64,000 nt of DNA from Myxococcota bacterium (lineage in GTDB: Bacteria > Myxococcota_A > UBA9160 > UBA6930), in the NCBI GenBank assembly GCA_965223705.1, contig OZ245015.1:3360001-3424000 (forward strand), read 5' to 3'. Both the position numbers and the translations under genes were made by a program. Shown here one piece after another: positions 36,359 through 47,100 of this stretch; position 1 is the stretch's first letter, and each line of letters opens with the position of its first letter. Under the pieces are notes generated by a model that ran no database searches, was not told the origin of the DNA, and worked only from the letters and a program-made list of their open reading frames with translations.

Positions 36359-37510
36359 TCAGAGGAGGTGTTCTCGTTGCTGAATTCCGCGGTTTCGTCG
36401 GCTGGCGAGCTTTCGCCACTGCACGATGTTGGCGTCGGGCTCGAACAAACGTTCTTGCAACCACGCCTCGTCGTTGTAATAGAACTCTTGCTGAGCCTCT
36501 CTCGCCCAGATGTCGTCGTCGTTGAAGCCCGCTAGCGCGAGTTCGCGCCATTTTTCGTCGAACTCGCGGAAGAATGCGTCCGCTTCTTCTGCGTTGGCCA
36601 CGCGACGACCGAGGGTCGCTAGGTAGAAATGGTGATCCTCGTCGATGGGGACGTACCATTCGTACTGGACGAGCGAGGGATCGGGCCACGGGTTGACACG
36701 AAGGGCTCCGGGCAACCAGAGTGAGATGTCCATCGCGACTCGGGTCTGCCCCATGTGCCCGCAGCGGACGACTTCGCCGTCGAGGGTGCCTTCGAAGACC
36801 GGCTCCGAGTGTTCGCCGATCAGGTCGTAGACGCCCGCAGGACCCTCCTCTTCGTCGACGACACGAAACGCCTCCTTGCCGGTCGGGCTAAACCCGAGCG
36901 GGAGAGCGATGTCGTTGCCTTTGACGAGAACCGAATCTTTGTGAATGAAGACGTGGGTGCTGTCGAAGCCGTTTTCACAGCCAATGCGCCAGTTCGAAGC
37001 CACTTCTCGGCGCACCCCGCGAACGACCAGTTCCTCATCGAGAAATCCCGGCGGCACGTCACTCGAGAGCGGCGGTGGAGCGATGTCTCCCATAAACAGA
37101 AACACGAGCCCTTTGGCCTCCTGCGCCGGAAACGTGGGGATGCGCCTCCTACCGATCTGATTGCTGTTGGGCGAGGTCAGGATCGCGACGAGTTCTCCGG
37201 TCTCCATGCTGTAGGTAAATGCGTGATACCAGCAGGTAACCGTTCCCTTCTTGAAACACTCCGGCTTGCGCGAGAAGGGAACGCCGCGATGTGAGCAGCG
37301 ATCGCGAATCGCGTAGACGTGACCATCGACCCGGGTCATCAACACGCGATCGCCGAGGATGCGATGCGCGACGAACTCGCCCTCGCGAACCTCGTCGGAG
37401 AAGAGTGTCGGGTACCAATGATTGCGGAATCCGAGCTTCGCTTCGATGTACTCGGGGAATGCGGCGCACTTTCGCACGACGTCCGGATCGACCAAGGGCT
37501 CTCGTGTCAC
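36359..37510 (-). CDS. carAa: Carbazole 1,9a-dioxygenase-like Rieske oxygenase (homotrimeric type)
   Basis: AKLGFRNHWYP, CSHRG...CWYH, ENGFD..H.FIHKDS, LPLGF, GVYDLIGEH, DISLWLPG, FNDDDIWAREA and WRKLAS. Confidence 0.85.
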   Translation of the reverse strand: MTREPLVDPDVVRKCAAFPEYIEAKLGFRNHWYPTLFSDEVREGEFVAHRILGDRVLMTRVDGHVYAIRDRCSHRGVPFSRKPECFKKGTVTCWYHAFTYSMETGELVAILTSPNSNQIGRRRIPTFPAQEAKGLVFLFMGDIAPPPLSSDVPPGFLDEELVVRGVRREVASNWRIGCENGFDSTHVFIHKDSVLVKGNDIALPLGFSPTGKEAFRVVDEEEGPAGVYDLIGEHSEPVFEGTLDGEVVRCGHMGQTRVAMDISLWLPGALRVNPWPDPSLVQYEWYVPIDEDHHFYLATLGRRVANAEEADAFFREFDEKWRELALAGFNDDDIWAREAQQEFYYNDEAWLQERLFEPDANIVQWRKLASRRNRGIQQREHLL

Positions 37511-37535
37511 AACCAACGCCTCCAAGGTTCGCGGG

Positions 37536-38360
37536 CTAGGAGATACCTCGCAGCTCACACCAGAGTTTCACGAGTCGCGTGAACTCCTCGTGCTGCTCGA
37601 TCATCGCCCAGTGACCGCAATGAGGAATGACGTGGAGCCAGGAATGCTCGAGGAGCTCGTGGAAGCGCCAAGCGAGTTCCTTCGGTACGACTTGATCATC
37701 GCTCCCGTTCACGAGCAAGGTGGGAGTCTTCACTTCGGCAATCGCGTCTTCGGGATAGAAGAGACCGCCCTGCTCGCCGATCCATTTCATCGTGGCGCCG
37801 TAGGCCGCCATAGCACCTGGCTGCTGAGTAAGTTCGTATCGGTAACGAACCAAGGTTTCGTCGATTTCGAAGCCGTCGGCCGTCAGCGTCTCGATAATCG
37901 TTCTCATATTCTCGAGAGTCGGCTGATAGCTCAAGATGGTGCGGATCGCGGGGGAGAGTTCGGAGTTGAGCCCGGCGCTTCCCATCAAGACCAAAGCGCG
38001 GAGACGCCCGGGTGCGTCCATCGCGACTCCCAGTGCCGTGCAGCCGCCCATCGAGTTGCCCACCAGAACCGGGGCCTCGAGAGAGAGCGCATCGAGGAAA
38101 CCCAGCAGATGCCGGTTGCGAGCGCTCTGATTGTATTCGAACGACGCCGGATCGGGTTTGTCGGTGTCACCGAAGCCGAGCATGTCGACGGCCAGCACCC
38201 GGTAGCGTTCTGCGAAGCTCGGAATGCAGGCGGACCAGTTGCCGCGGGCGTCCGCCCCTGCACCGCCGCCGTGGATCAACACGAGCGGTGTGCCGTTCCC
38301 CGCTTCTAGATAGTGGGTTTTTACTCCGTCGACTGCGATGTGCTGAGACTTTGCCGTCAC
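37536..38360 (-). CDS. carC: Meta-cleavage product hydrolase, CarC-like
   Basis: IHGGGAGA...GNW, GNSMGG, MGSAGL, TMKWIGEQGGLFY and IPHCGHWAMIE. Confidence 0.82.
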   Translation of the reverse strand: MTAKSQHIAVDGVKTHYLEAGNGTPLVLIHGGGAGADARGNWSACIPSFAERYRVLAVDMLGFGDTDKPDPASFEYNQSARNRHLLGFLDALSLEAPVLVGNSMGGCTALGVAMDAPGRLRALVLMGSAGLNSELSPAIRTILSYQPTLENMRTIIETLTADGFEIDETLVRYRYELTQQPGAMAAYGATMKWIGEQGGLFYPEDAIAEVKTPTLLVNGSDDQVVPKELAWRFHELLEHSWLHVIPHCGHWAMIEQHEEFTRLVKLWCELRGIS

Positions 38361-38436
38361 GGGCCCTCTCCTCTGACCGTATCGAACGGCGCGATTGTAC
38401 GCCGAGCGGGGAGCCGCTCGGCGGTATGCGTGCCCT

Positions 38437-38480
38437 ATATTTGTAATTGACAATAATTGACTTCAAGCAAATACTCTATC
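38437..38480. promoter_or_regulatory. Divergent promoter/MarR operator region
   Basis: AT-rich. TTGACA at 38447 is followed 17 nt later by AATACT, which would place the TSS near the marR ATG (leaderless). Two TTG-N7/8-CAA dyads are present, and a GC hairpin lies at 38401-38422. Confidence 0.5.
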
Positions 38481-38481
38481 C

Positions 38482-38958
38482 ATGGCGCAAGATCCGTTGG
38501 TCGGCCTCGACTCACGGTTGGGCTTCTGGCTTCGCGAGGTCTCCAATCTCCTCCACGGGCGGTTTGCCGACGCACTCGCCGCGCGCGACGTGACACCGCC
38601 GCTCTGGGCAATCCTGATCACGCTGAAACGCGGCGAAGCCGACGCTCCCGCGGCTTTGGCGCGGCGTCTCGACGCCGACCCTGCGGCGATGACTCGACGG
38701 CTCGACCAACTCGAAGCCAAGGGTTTGATCCGCCGACGCCGAAGCACCGAGGATCGTCGATGTGTCGGTATTCAACTCACCGAGCAAGGTGAGGCACTCG
38801 TTCCCGAGTTGGCGGACATCTCATCGCGGCTCACGGACGACGCGCTGGACGGGGTCTCCGAGGGAGAGCGGACGCGGCTGCTTCGCGCACTGCGACGCAT
38901 GCACCAGAATCTGAAGGACCTGAAAGGCGACGCCGGCGCGGAACAGGCGTCGGCGTAG
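38482..38958 (+). CDS. MarR family transcriptional regulator
   Basis: LDQLEAKGLIRR...DRR...LTEQG. Confidence 0.92.
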   Translation: MAQDPLVGLDSRLGFWLREVSNLLHGRFADALAARDVTPPLWAILITLKRGEADAPAALARRLDADPAAMTRRLDQLEAKGLIRRRRSTEDRRCVGIQLTEQGEALVPELADISSRLTDDALDGVSEGERTRLLRALRRMHQNLKDLKGDAGAEQASA

Positions 38959-38988
38959 GAAACGATCGAAAACGAAAGGGGATGAGAG

Positions 38989-39891
38989 ATGAGCACAGCA
39001 ATCACGGGTCTCGGCTATCTCGGCATCCAGTCGCCGCGCGCTGAGGCGTGGCGAGACTACGGTCCGAAAGCGCTCGGCATGCAGTGCGCCGAGGGAGCCG
39101 AGGGCGATGTCGTACGCCTGCGCGTCGACGATCGTGCGCACCGCCTGGCGATCCACCCGGGTGAGCCCGAGGGCATCGCCTATAGCGGCTGGGAGCTTCC
39201 CAACGCGGAGTCGTTCGCGCTCGCTGCGGAGCAGGTCGAGAAAGCCGGGGTTGCAATCGCTGCAGCGACACCTTCAGAGCTCGCGACGCGCCGCGTGCGC
39301 GCCATGGTGCACTTCCGCGACCCCGACGGTTTTCGACACGAGCTCTTCTACGGACAAGAGGGAAAGGCTCGCTCTTTCCATCCCGGGCGACCGCACTCCG
39401 GTTTTGTCACCGGAGAGCGTGGCCTGGGTCACCTCGCCCTGGGCGTTCGGGATCTCGAAGCAGCCCGGCGGTTCTATCTCGACGTGCTGGGCTTCTCTGT
39501 GAGCGACGAGATGGATGCGCACTTTCGCATCCTGTTCTTCCATACAAATCCGCGTCACCACAGTGTGGCCGTGGTCGAAGTCCCCAACCCGGGCCTTTTC
39601 CACCTGATGCTGCAAGTCGAATCGCTAGACGATGTAGGCTTTGCCCTCGATGGGTGCGAAGCGTTGGAAATTCCGATTCGCCGCACACTCGGCCGCCACC
39701 CCAATGACCGCACCGTGTCGTGCTATCTCGGAACTCCGTCGGGTTTTGATATCGAATACGGCTGGGGATCGATCGATGTCGTACCGGGCGAGCACGTCAC
39801 CACGGTAGAAAAAACGGCGTCGATGTGGGGACACAAGCAGCTGACATCCTCTTCCTGCCTCCCGCCTCTCGAACCGACCCACGACCGCTAG
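38989..39891 (+). CDS. Type I extradiol ring-cleavage dioxygenase (BphC/HsaC-like)
   Basis: ITGLGYLG, LRVDD, GLGH, NPRHHS, HLML, LGRHPND and TPSGFDIEYG. Confidence 0.92.
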   Translation: MSTAITGLGYLGIQSPRAEAWRDYGPKALGMQCAEGAEGDVVRLRVDDRAHRLAIHPGEPEGIAYSGWELPNAESFALAAEQVEKAGVAIAAATPSELATRRVRAMVHFRDPDGFRHELFYGQEGKARSFHPGRPHSGFVTGERGLGHLALGVRDLEAARRFYLDVLGFSVSDEMDAHFRILFFHTNPRHHSVAVVEVPNPGLFHLMLQVESLDDVGFALDGCEALEIPIRRTLGRHPNDRTVSCYLGTPSGFDIEYGWGSIDVVPGEHVTTVEKTASMWGHKQLTSSSCLPPLEPTHDR

Positions 39892-39899
39892 GAGCCCTC

Positions 39900-40760
39900 A
39901 TGGCGAACACCATCTGGCAAGACCTCGAAAACGTCCGCTTTACCCAGCGCTTCATCGACGCCAAAGGGGTCCGCACCCGCGTCCTCGAAACCGGCGAACG
40001 CGGCATGCCGGTACTCTTCTTGCTCCCTGGGCAAACGGGGCACCTCGAGGCGTACGTCCGGAACGTGGGCCCGCTCGGCCAGCACTTCCATACCTTTGCC
40101 ATCGATCCGATCGGCTGCGGTTTCAGTGACAAGCCGAAAACGCCGTACCTCATCGCCGACTACGTCGAGCACCTGATCAACGTGATGGATGTCGAGGGCA
40201 TCGAGAAGGCCCATTTCTCCGGCGAATCGAACGGCGGATGGACGGCGCTCCGTCTTGCGACCAGCCACCCCGATCGCGCCGACAAGCTCGTCCTCAATAC
40301 CTGCGGCGGCTACAACTGGGACGAGAACCTTTTTAAGCGCATCCGCGAGCTTACGATCCCCGCCGTCATGAATGGAAACCGCGACGAGGTGCGCGCAAGG
40401 CTTGAGTGGCTCATGGAGGACAAGTCCAAGGTCACCGAAGAACTAGTGGACGTTCGCATGCGGATCTACGCGATGCCTGAGTTTCGCGAGAACGTGGAAC
40501 GCATGCTCGATGTTCAGGTCCCCGAGATTCGCAAAAACATCCGCATCACCGATGAGGAGCTTCGCAACACGCGTCACGAATCACTCGTCCTATGGACGGT
40601 CCACGATCCCACGGCGCCGACCACGGTCGCCGACAAGATGGCCGATCTTCTCCCGAACTCGAAGAAAGTGATTCTCGAAGGCGCCGGCCACTGGCCGCAG
40701 TGGGAAATCGTCGACGACTTTAATCGGGTCCACATCGATTTCCTGCAAGGTCGACTCTAG
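39900..40760 (+). CDS. Alpha/beta hydrolase, probable second meta-cleavage product hydrolase
   Basis: GHLEAYVRN, GESNGG, RLEWLM, WTVHDP and GHWPQWE. Confidence 0.8.
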   Translation: MANTIWQDLENVRFTQRFIDAKGVRTRVLETGERGMPVLFLLPGQTGHLEAYVRNVGPLGQHFHTFAIDPIGCGFSDKPKTPYLIADYVEHLINVMDVEGIEKAHFSGESNGGWTALRLATSHPDRADKLVLNTCGGYNWDENLFKRIRELTIPAVMNGNRDEVRARLEWLMEDKSKVTEELVDVRMRIYAMPEFRENVERMLDVQVPEIRKNIRITDEELRNTRHESLVLWTVHDPTAPTTVADKMADLLPNSKKVILEGAGHWPQWEIVDDFNRVHIDFLQGRL

Positions 40761-40828
40761 GACTTGCGACCCCGGGTCGCGCACAGATTTGGAGCTCGTG
40801 CGATCCAGTTTTCCCCGATGGAACGAGA

Positions 40829-42478
40829 CTAGGCCGGTTCGAGAACGTAACTCCCGGGGGCCTTGTCGAGGACTGGATGTCTCGAACTTCCGAGCTCCGC
40901 CGGCGCGGGGACGGTCTCGCCAGAGCGGGCGAGGATCCAGTCGGCCCACAGCTCCCACCAGGTACCTGTGCAACGCTCGGCGGCTCGCAACCAGGCATCG
41001 GGGTCGTCCCCGGGCTCGGGCCCGGCGTAATAGTGCGCCTTCGGGTTACCCGGCGGGTTGACCACGCTCGCGACATGTCCCGCGTGGCTGAGCACAAACT
41101 CACCACGACCGTTCAAGAGCTGGGTCGTGCGATAGGCGCCGCGCCAAGGAGTAATGTGGTCGTTGATCCCCGCGCTGACAAAGTGATCGACCTCGATGCT
41201 GCGCAGGTCGATCGGTTTCCCCAGTACTGAAAAAGCTCCCGCCGCGAGCAGGTTGTCGTTGAAGACGTCGACGAAGTCGTTGTGGAGACCGGCGGGCAGG
41301 TTCGTGCTGTCCGAGTTCCAATAGAGAATGTCGAAGGCGGGTGGCGTCTTGCCCATCAAGTAGTTGTTGACCCAGTAGTTCCACACCAACTCGTTGGGCC
41401 GGAGCCACGAGAACACCTGAGCGAGATTCTCTCCCGGTAGAATGCCGCGACGCTCGGAGATCGACTTCGCCAGAGGACCCGCCGTCGGATGGGCGAACAT
41501 CCCCATCATCGTGGGTTCTTCCCAATCGATCTGTGTCACGGTAAACGAGGCTGCGGCGACCCGGCGGTCGCCCTTCGTCGCCTGATAGGCGAGCATCGCC
41601 GCCGTCGTGATCCCGCCGGCGCAGACCCCGAGCGTCAGGAGGTCGTCGCTCCCCGTGATTTCGCACACCACATCGATCGCCTCCAGAAGCGCTTCGATGT
41701 AGGTGTCGAGTGTCCAAGCAGCGTGCTCGGGCCCTGGATTGCGCCAGCTTACGGTGAAGAACGCGATGCCGCGACTCACCGCGTACTCCGTGAGACTGCG
41801 TCCCGGCGCGAGATCCAGGAAGTAGTACTTGTTGATTTGAGGGGGCACGAGCAGTGTGGGCCGGGCACCCACGGTGGGCGTCGCAGGTTGGTACTGAATC
41901 AACTCCACGAGTTCGGAGCGGAACACAACGGCACCGGGAGTCACCGCGAGGTCTTTGCCTACCTCGAAGCGACTGCGGTCGACCTGCCCCGGCATCCCGC
42001 CGTTTCGAAGCAGGTCATCCGCCCAGTTGCGGAAGCCGCGGAGAGCGCTCAAGCCTCCGCTGTCGATCATCTCCTTGATCGCCGAGGGATTGGTGAGGAG
42101 CTGGTTGGTCGGAGCGGCGGCTGCCGCGAGTAGCTCGGCCGCGAACTTCGCGCGTTCGATATCGCGCCAGTCGTCCCCGCTGTCATCGATCGAGCCCGCC
42201 AGCGCATCGGCCCAAGCGAGGTAGCTCTGGGCGAGTCGGCGGGCCATCGGGTTGCTCGACCAGGCGGGGTCCTGAAAGCGCCAGTCGCGTGGATCGGGCG
42301 CCCGCTCGCTGTCGCCAAAGGTGATGTCCCAAAGCTCGCGCTGGAGCTCGAGGGTTTGGCGAACGAGCCGGGTGGGATCGATCAGACGGGCCGCTGCCGC
42401 CAGGGTCTCGGCGGCGTCCATCGGGTAGACCGGCGCGAACGGCGGATCGTTGACGGGACGACGCGGTCGCTTTGTCAT
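40829..42478 (-). CDS. phaC: Polyhydroxyalkanoate synthase
   Basis: APTN..LTNP, TPGAVV, PPQINKYYFLDL, GVCAGG, WNYWVNNY, DHI and GH. Confidence 0.92.
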   Translation of the reverse strand: MTKRPRRPVNDPPFAPVYPMDAAETLAAAARLIDPTRLVRQTLELQRELWDITFGDSERAPDPRDWRFQDPAWSSNPMARRLAQSYLAWADALAGSIDDSGDDWRDIERAKFAAELLAAAAAPTNQLLTNPSAIKEMIDSGGLSALRGFRNWADDLLRNGGMPGQVDRSRFEVGKDLAVTPGAVVFRSELVELIQYQPATPTVGARPTLLVPPQINKYYFLDLAPGRSLTEYAVSRGIAFFTVSWRNPGPEHAAWTLDTYIEALLEAIDVVCEITGSDDLLTLGVCAGGITTAAMLAYQATKGDRRVAAASFTVTQIDWEEPTMMGMFAHPTAGPLAKSISERRGILPGENLAQVFSWLRPNELVWNYWVNNYLMGKTPPAFDILYWNSDSTNLPAGLHNDFVDVFNDNLLAAGAFSVLGKPIDLRSIEVDHFVSAGINDHITPWRGAYRTTQLLNGRGEFVLSHAGHVASVVNPPGNPKAHYYAGPEPGDDPDAWLRAAERCTGTWWELWADWILARSGETVPAPAELGSSRHPVLDKAPGSYVLEPA

Positions 42479-42559
42479 AGGTGTCCTCCGGGCGCACGGC
42501 CCAGGGTCATGATAGGCGACGAGCGGTCGCACCCTCGCGGTCGACTTTGGGGAGAAACG

Positions 42560-42589
42560 GGGCCCCGGCGGCAGGGGTCGCCGGGGCCC
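42560..42589 (-). terminator. Probable intrinsic terminator after the hsp20 pair
   Basis: 11-bp stem GGGCCCCGGCG/CGCCGGGGCCC followed by CGTTTCT on the minus strand. Confidence 0.5.
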
Positions 42590-42604
42590 GCGAAAGGCGC
42601 CGAT

Positions 42605-43003
42605 CTAGCCGGCCAGGACCGGAATGGATCGAGGTTGGCTCTCGGCACTCTTGGGCAATCTGAGTTCCAAAACCCCGTTGGTTATTTTTGCGGCGACGAG
42701 CTGCTCGTTGATCTGATCCGAAATTCGAAACTTCCGGCGATAGGAGCCGAACTCGAACTCCGTGTGCAAGGGCTTCCAACCGCTCTGAGGCCCGGAAGCG
42801 AGATCCGCCTGCAATTTGAGCTCGCCCCCATCGAGACGTACCGAGATGGATTTCTCATCGGCACCGGGAATATCGGCATAGACGAAATAGCATTCAGGAC
42901 TTTCGACGATGTCGATATCGGGCCTGAAGACGGGGCCGGGTCGGGTCTGCTCTTCGTCGACCTCGCGCTTCCCGCGTACCTGCAGCGTCTGTGCATCGGT
43001 CAT
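42605..43003 (-). CDS. Hsp20/alpha-crystallin small heat-shock protein
   Basis: PDIDI, ADIPG, YRRKF, NGVLELRLPK and IPV. Confidence 0.92.
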   Translation of the reverse strand: MTDAQTLQVRGKREVDEEQTRPGPVFRPDIDIVESPECYFVYADIPGADEKSISVRLDGGELKLQADLASGPQSGWKPLHTEFEFGSYRRKFRISDQINEQLVAAKITNGVLELRLPKSAESQPRSIPVLAG

Positions 43004-43015
43004 GTTGTCGTCCCC

Positions 43016-43471
43016 CTAGCTACCCTGCACGGCGATCTGCCGTGCTCGGTGCTCATTGGCTTTCGGAAGCTTGATCATGAGCACGCCGTTGCGATGGGCC
43101 GCTTCGACTTTGTCTCCATCGATGGTCGAAGGAAGCTCGAACGAGCGTTGAAACTGCCCCGCTTGTCGCTCCAGCCGATGGACGGCGGTGTTGTCACCCA
43201 CGGCGTGGTCGATCTTGCGCTCCCCTCGGAGCGTCACCTTGGACGCTTCGAGTTTGACTTCGATGTCTTCCGCGGAAATTCCGGGTAGCTCACAAGCCAG
43301 CACGAAGCCTTCCTCGTTTTCGTAGAGATTCACGGGCGGGTAGGCGCCTCGTTGCGCGGTCGCAGTATCGCGCCCGAGTCGATCGAAGAGTGTGTTCATC
43401 TCCCGACGAAGCAGTGAAAAATCTCGCCACGGGTCCGAGGCCCAGGGGCGATACACGGTGTACTGAGCCAT
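43016..43471 (-). CDS. Hsp20/alpha-crystallin small heat-shock protein
   Basis: YPPVNLYE, ELPG, ERQAGQFQRSF and NGVL. Confidence 0.92.
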   Translation of the reverse strand: MAQYTVYRPWASDPWRDFSLLRREMNTLFDRLGRDTATAQRGAYPPVNLYENEEGFVLACELPGISAEDIEVKLEASKVTLRGERKIDHAVGDNTAVHRLERQAGQFQRSFELPSTIDGDKVEAAHRNGVLMIKLPKANEHRARQIAVQGS

Positions 43472-43569
43472 TCCTTTCTCCCTATTCGGTTGGGCCAGCG
43501 GATGGAAACCCTACCCATCCGCTCTGTTGCGAGGCTGTGAACAGCCGATCCGCTGTCAAGATCCACTAG

Positions 43570-43994
43570 CTAGAAATTTCGAATCGAGGTCTCGACGCGG
43601 CCGCAAGCTCGACCTCGAACTCCGAGGAATTCCAATTCGTGGATGAGTCCCGTCTCCGAATCGAACGTCGCGCGCAGCTTTCCGCAGGCTGAAGGAATCT
43701 CGTGGACCAGGTGAACTTCTTCGCTGCGATCGGCCCATTCGAGCTGCGCCTTGCTCCAGTCCGTCTGCTTGAGAACGGACTTGAGATTTTCATCAGGTAG
43801 TTGCTGCCGCGAAGATCGAAAGGCTCAAGGACGCTCAGCGAGTAGGCCCCGGCATAGTCGCCCTGCGAAAGCTCTGAGAACTGGACCGTGAGCGGCCCGA
43901 CGCTCGAACCCGCGGCCGATGGTCCTCGGATCGTGAACCGCGCGTGTTCGAGCCGGTCGAGCGCGAGCGCCCTCGCGACGTCCCCTCTCTCTAC
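43570..43994 (-). pseudogene. Possible degraded gene remnant
   Basis: Start-less, protein-like frames: ...YSLSVLEPFDLRGSNYL, then after a frame change DENLKSVLKQTDW...LRATFDSETGLIHELEF...*. Confidence 0.25.
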
Positions 43995-44113
43995 GGACCT
44001 CTTGCCAGAAGACTGGTTACAGCCGTTCGCCTGTCAAGCCCCCCGCACCCATCGCGTCGCGTCCACCCGATCCGCCATTGACACCCCCGATGTGGAGCCC
44101 GACCCTGGCGTGA

Positions 44114-47100
44114 GTGGTGTGCCCTCGCTGCAGGACGGAGTTCCTAGCCGCCAAGAAATTCTGCCACCAATGCGGTTCGCCGGCGGCGAATCGATGCCAC
44201 GCATGTGGAGAGCCTCTCGAGGCGCACTACCGCTTCTGCCCGGAGTGCGGCACCGCGGCTGAAGCGGCCGAGCGCGCCAAACCTTCCGGCGACCCTTTGT
44301 CGCGCCATGTCCCTGAGGAGTTGGCGGCGAAGATCCGGCGCGCTGGCGCTGTCTCTGGAGAGCGCAAGCGCGCGACCGTCCTGTTCTGCGATCTGGTCGG
44401 CTCGACTGCGATCGCCGAGCACCTCGATCCCGAATCCTACCGTGACCTGTTGGATGCGTATCTCGAAGTGAGCTTCGAAGCGGTCTACCGCTATGAAGGT
44501 ATCGTCAACCAGATGGCGGGCGACGGGTTCATGGCACTGTTCGGTGCTCCAATCGCCCACGAAGACGCACCGGAACGATCCGTCCGCGCCGCATTGGACA
44601 TCCTCAACGCGGTGCAAGAACTGAGCAACCAACGCGAGCGGCAAGGCGGCTCCGAACTGCGGGTTCGAATCGGGATCCACACGGGAACGGTGGTCGTTGG
44701 AACAATCGGGAATGACCTAAAGACCGACTACACCGCCATCGGCGACACCACCAACCTCGCGGCGCGGCTCCAAGCGCTGGCCAACCCCGGCGCGGTCTTG
44801 GTGAGCGAAGACACCCATGCTCTCATCCGAGACCACTTCGTGACGGACTCGATCGGCGCACACGAGGTCAAGGGCAAAGCAGAGCCCGTGATTGCCTACG
44901 AGGTTCTCGAAACCATAGAGAGCACCCCGATGGCCATCGCGGAAGCCCGCGGTATGACCCCTCTGGTCGGTCGCGATCCCGAGCTCGCGCAGATCGCGGC
45001 GTGTTTCCGACGTCTCGAGGATCGTATGGCGCAACTCGTCACGATCGTCGGCGAAGCGGGTACGGGGCGGTCGCGTCTCGTCCACGAAGCGAAACGCCAA
45101 TTGTGTCGCGAAGGCGCCCACATCCTCGAAGGCCGGTGCGCCTCCCTCACGCGAGGGGTGCCTTTCGCGCCTTGGGCAGAGATCGTTCGCGGGCTGCTGG
45201 GTGCGCCCGACGGCGATTCGGCGGCGTCTCTCCTCGCGTCGAAATTGCGGAGGCTGGGAAGTGATCGACCCGAGGAACTCTCTGGGCTCGTCGCTTCGAT
45301 GCCGGGGGTCTCGACTCGCGCGGAGCCCGCGCTTGCGATCGGCCGCGATGCACTCTTCCCGGCGATCGCTGAGCTCGTGGCCCTCGTCGCTCGCGACGGC
45401 CCGACGCTGCTCCTCATCGAGGATCTTCACTGGGCAGACAGGGCCTCGGTCGAACTCTTGGAGATGGTCGTCGCGTCGTGTCTCAATGAACGCGTGATGT
45501 TTGTTGTGACCCACCGTCCGGACTTTCAGCTCGAGGCGCCCGCTTCCGTCGCTTTCACGCGCCTTCGCATGCGACTTCTCGCGGATGAGGAAGCCCGAGA
45601 GATCGTGCGCAGCCAAGCGGGTGGGCCCCTTCCTCCCGTGCTCGAAGAGCGCATCCTCCGACGCGGAGAAGGCAACCCGTTCTACCTCGAAGAATTGACT
45701 CGTGCGCTGGTGCAAGAAGGATCGCTCGTTCGGGGAGAAGGCGGCGTCCGGGTCACGCGCCCAATCGACTCGATCCGCATCCCGGACACCGTGCAGGAGC
45801 TCTTGGGCGCACGGCTCGACCGTCTCGAACCCGAAGCCAAGCGGGTCGCTCAGGTCGCCTCGGTGTTCGGTCGTCAGTTCAAGCGTTCCCACCTGGAGAC
45901 TGTCCTCTCGAACGGAGGTAGTGACTCCGCTCATCCGATCGAAGGGCCGTTGGAAGCGCTCGAACGCAGCGGGGTCCTTCACCGTGAGGGCCTATCGAGC
46001 GACGAGTTCCGCTTCGGTGAGAGCCTCACCCAAGAGGTGGCGTACGAAGGGTTGCTGCTGCGCGAGCGCGAGTCTCTTCACGAACGCGTGGGACGGATGC
46101 TCGAGGAAGCGGACGGAGGAGGCGACCTCGCTCTCGTCGGTTACCACTTCGCTCGTAGTTCGCGACAAGATCTCGGGCTCGCGAACCTCCTGGAGGCCGC
46201 CGATCGAGCCGCGGCGCTGCCCTCTTACGGTGACGCGATCCGGCTCTACCGAGACGCGCTCGACCTCGCCGAGGGCATGACCGACGACGGCCGAGACGAC
46301 GAAACCGACCGAGGCGCGTTGCGCGCGATTCAGGGCATCCTGAACTCAGCGACGATCTACGGAGACGTCCACTTCGAAGAGAACGAGCGGGCACTTGAAC
46401 GGGGCCTGGTGCTGGCCGAAAAACTCTCGGATGCCGAGGCCGTGGCCTCGCTCCTCGTCGCGCAAGGCACGATGATCATCAACTACAACCGTGCCCGGTT
46501 CTCCGAGGGAATCGCCTGGATCGAGAAAGGCATCGAAGCGGCGAAGCGCGCGGGACTCGATCGATCCGTCGCTCAACTTTCACGCTCGCTCTCGTGGGCC
46601 TACTTGAAGGACGGACGTTTCGAAGAGGCACGCACGTGTATCGCAGGGGCGCTCGAGGAACTCGAGCGCCTCGGAGAACGAGAGCGAGTCAGCGATACCT
46701 ACCTGGGTGCGCGGTTCTTTCAGAACCGCGTCCTCTTCGAGAGCGATGCGTTCGAAGAAGCGCTTGCAAGCGCGCTCGAGACCTACGAACTCGGTACAAA
46801 ACACCACAACCGAACGATCGAGAGCAGCGCCGCGGCGCAGCTCGCTTCGTTGTACTTCCGCCGGGGTGAACACGAGGAAGCCGAGCGCATCGCGGAGCGC
46901 GGCCTCGAGACCGCGAAGCAAATCGACAACATGTGGGCCATGCTGTCCTGCGCCGCTGTTTTGCAGGGAATCCGACACGAACGAGATCCTTCGAGCGTCG
47001 CGTTTTCCGAGCTCGAAGCCATCGAGCGCGGTACGCGCTCGACCGGTGACGCGAGCATGAGCATCGATCTCATCGCCGAGGTGTTGATCCGAATCGGAGA

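Noticed and set aside
43472..43560. ROSE thermometer or CIRCE element upstream of hsp20
   Set aside because: No U(U/C)GCU pairing with the SD sequence and no TTAGCACTC-N9-GAGTGCTAA.
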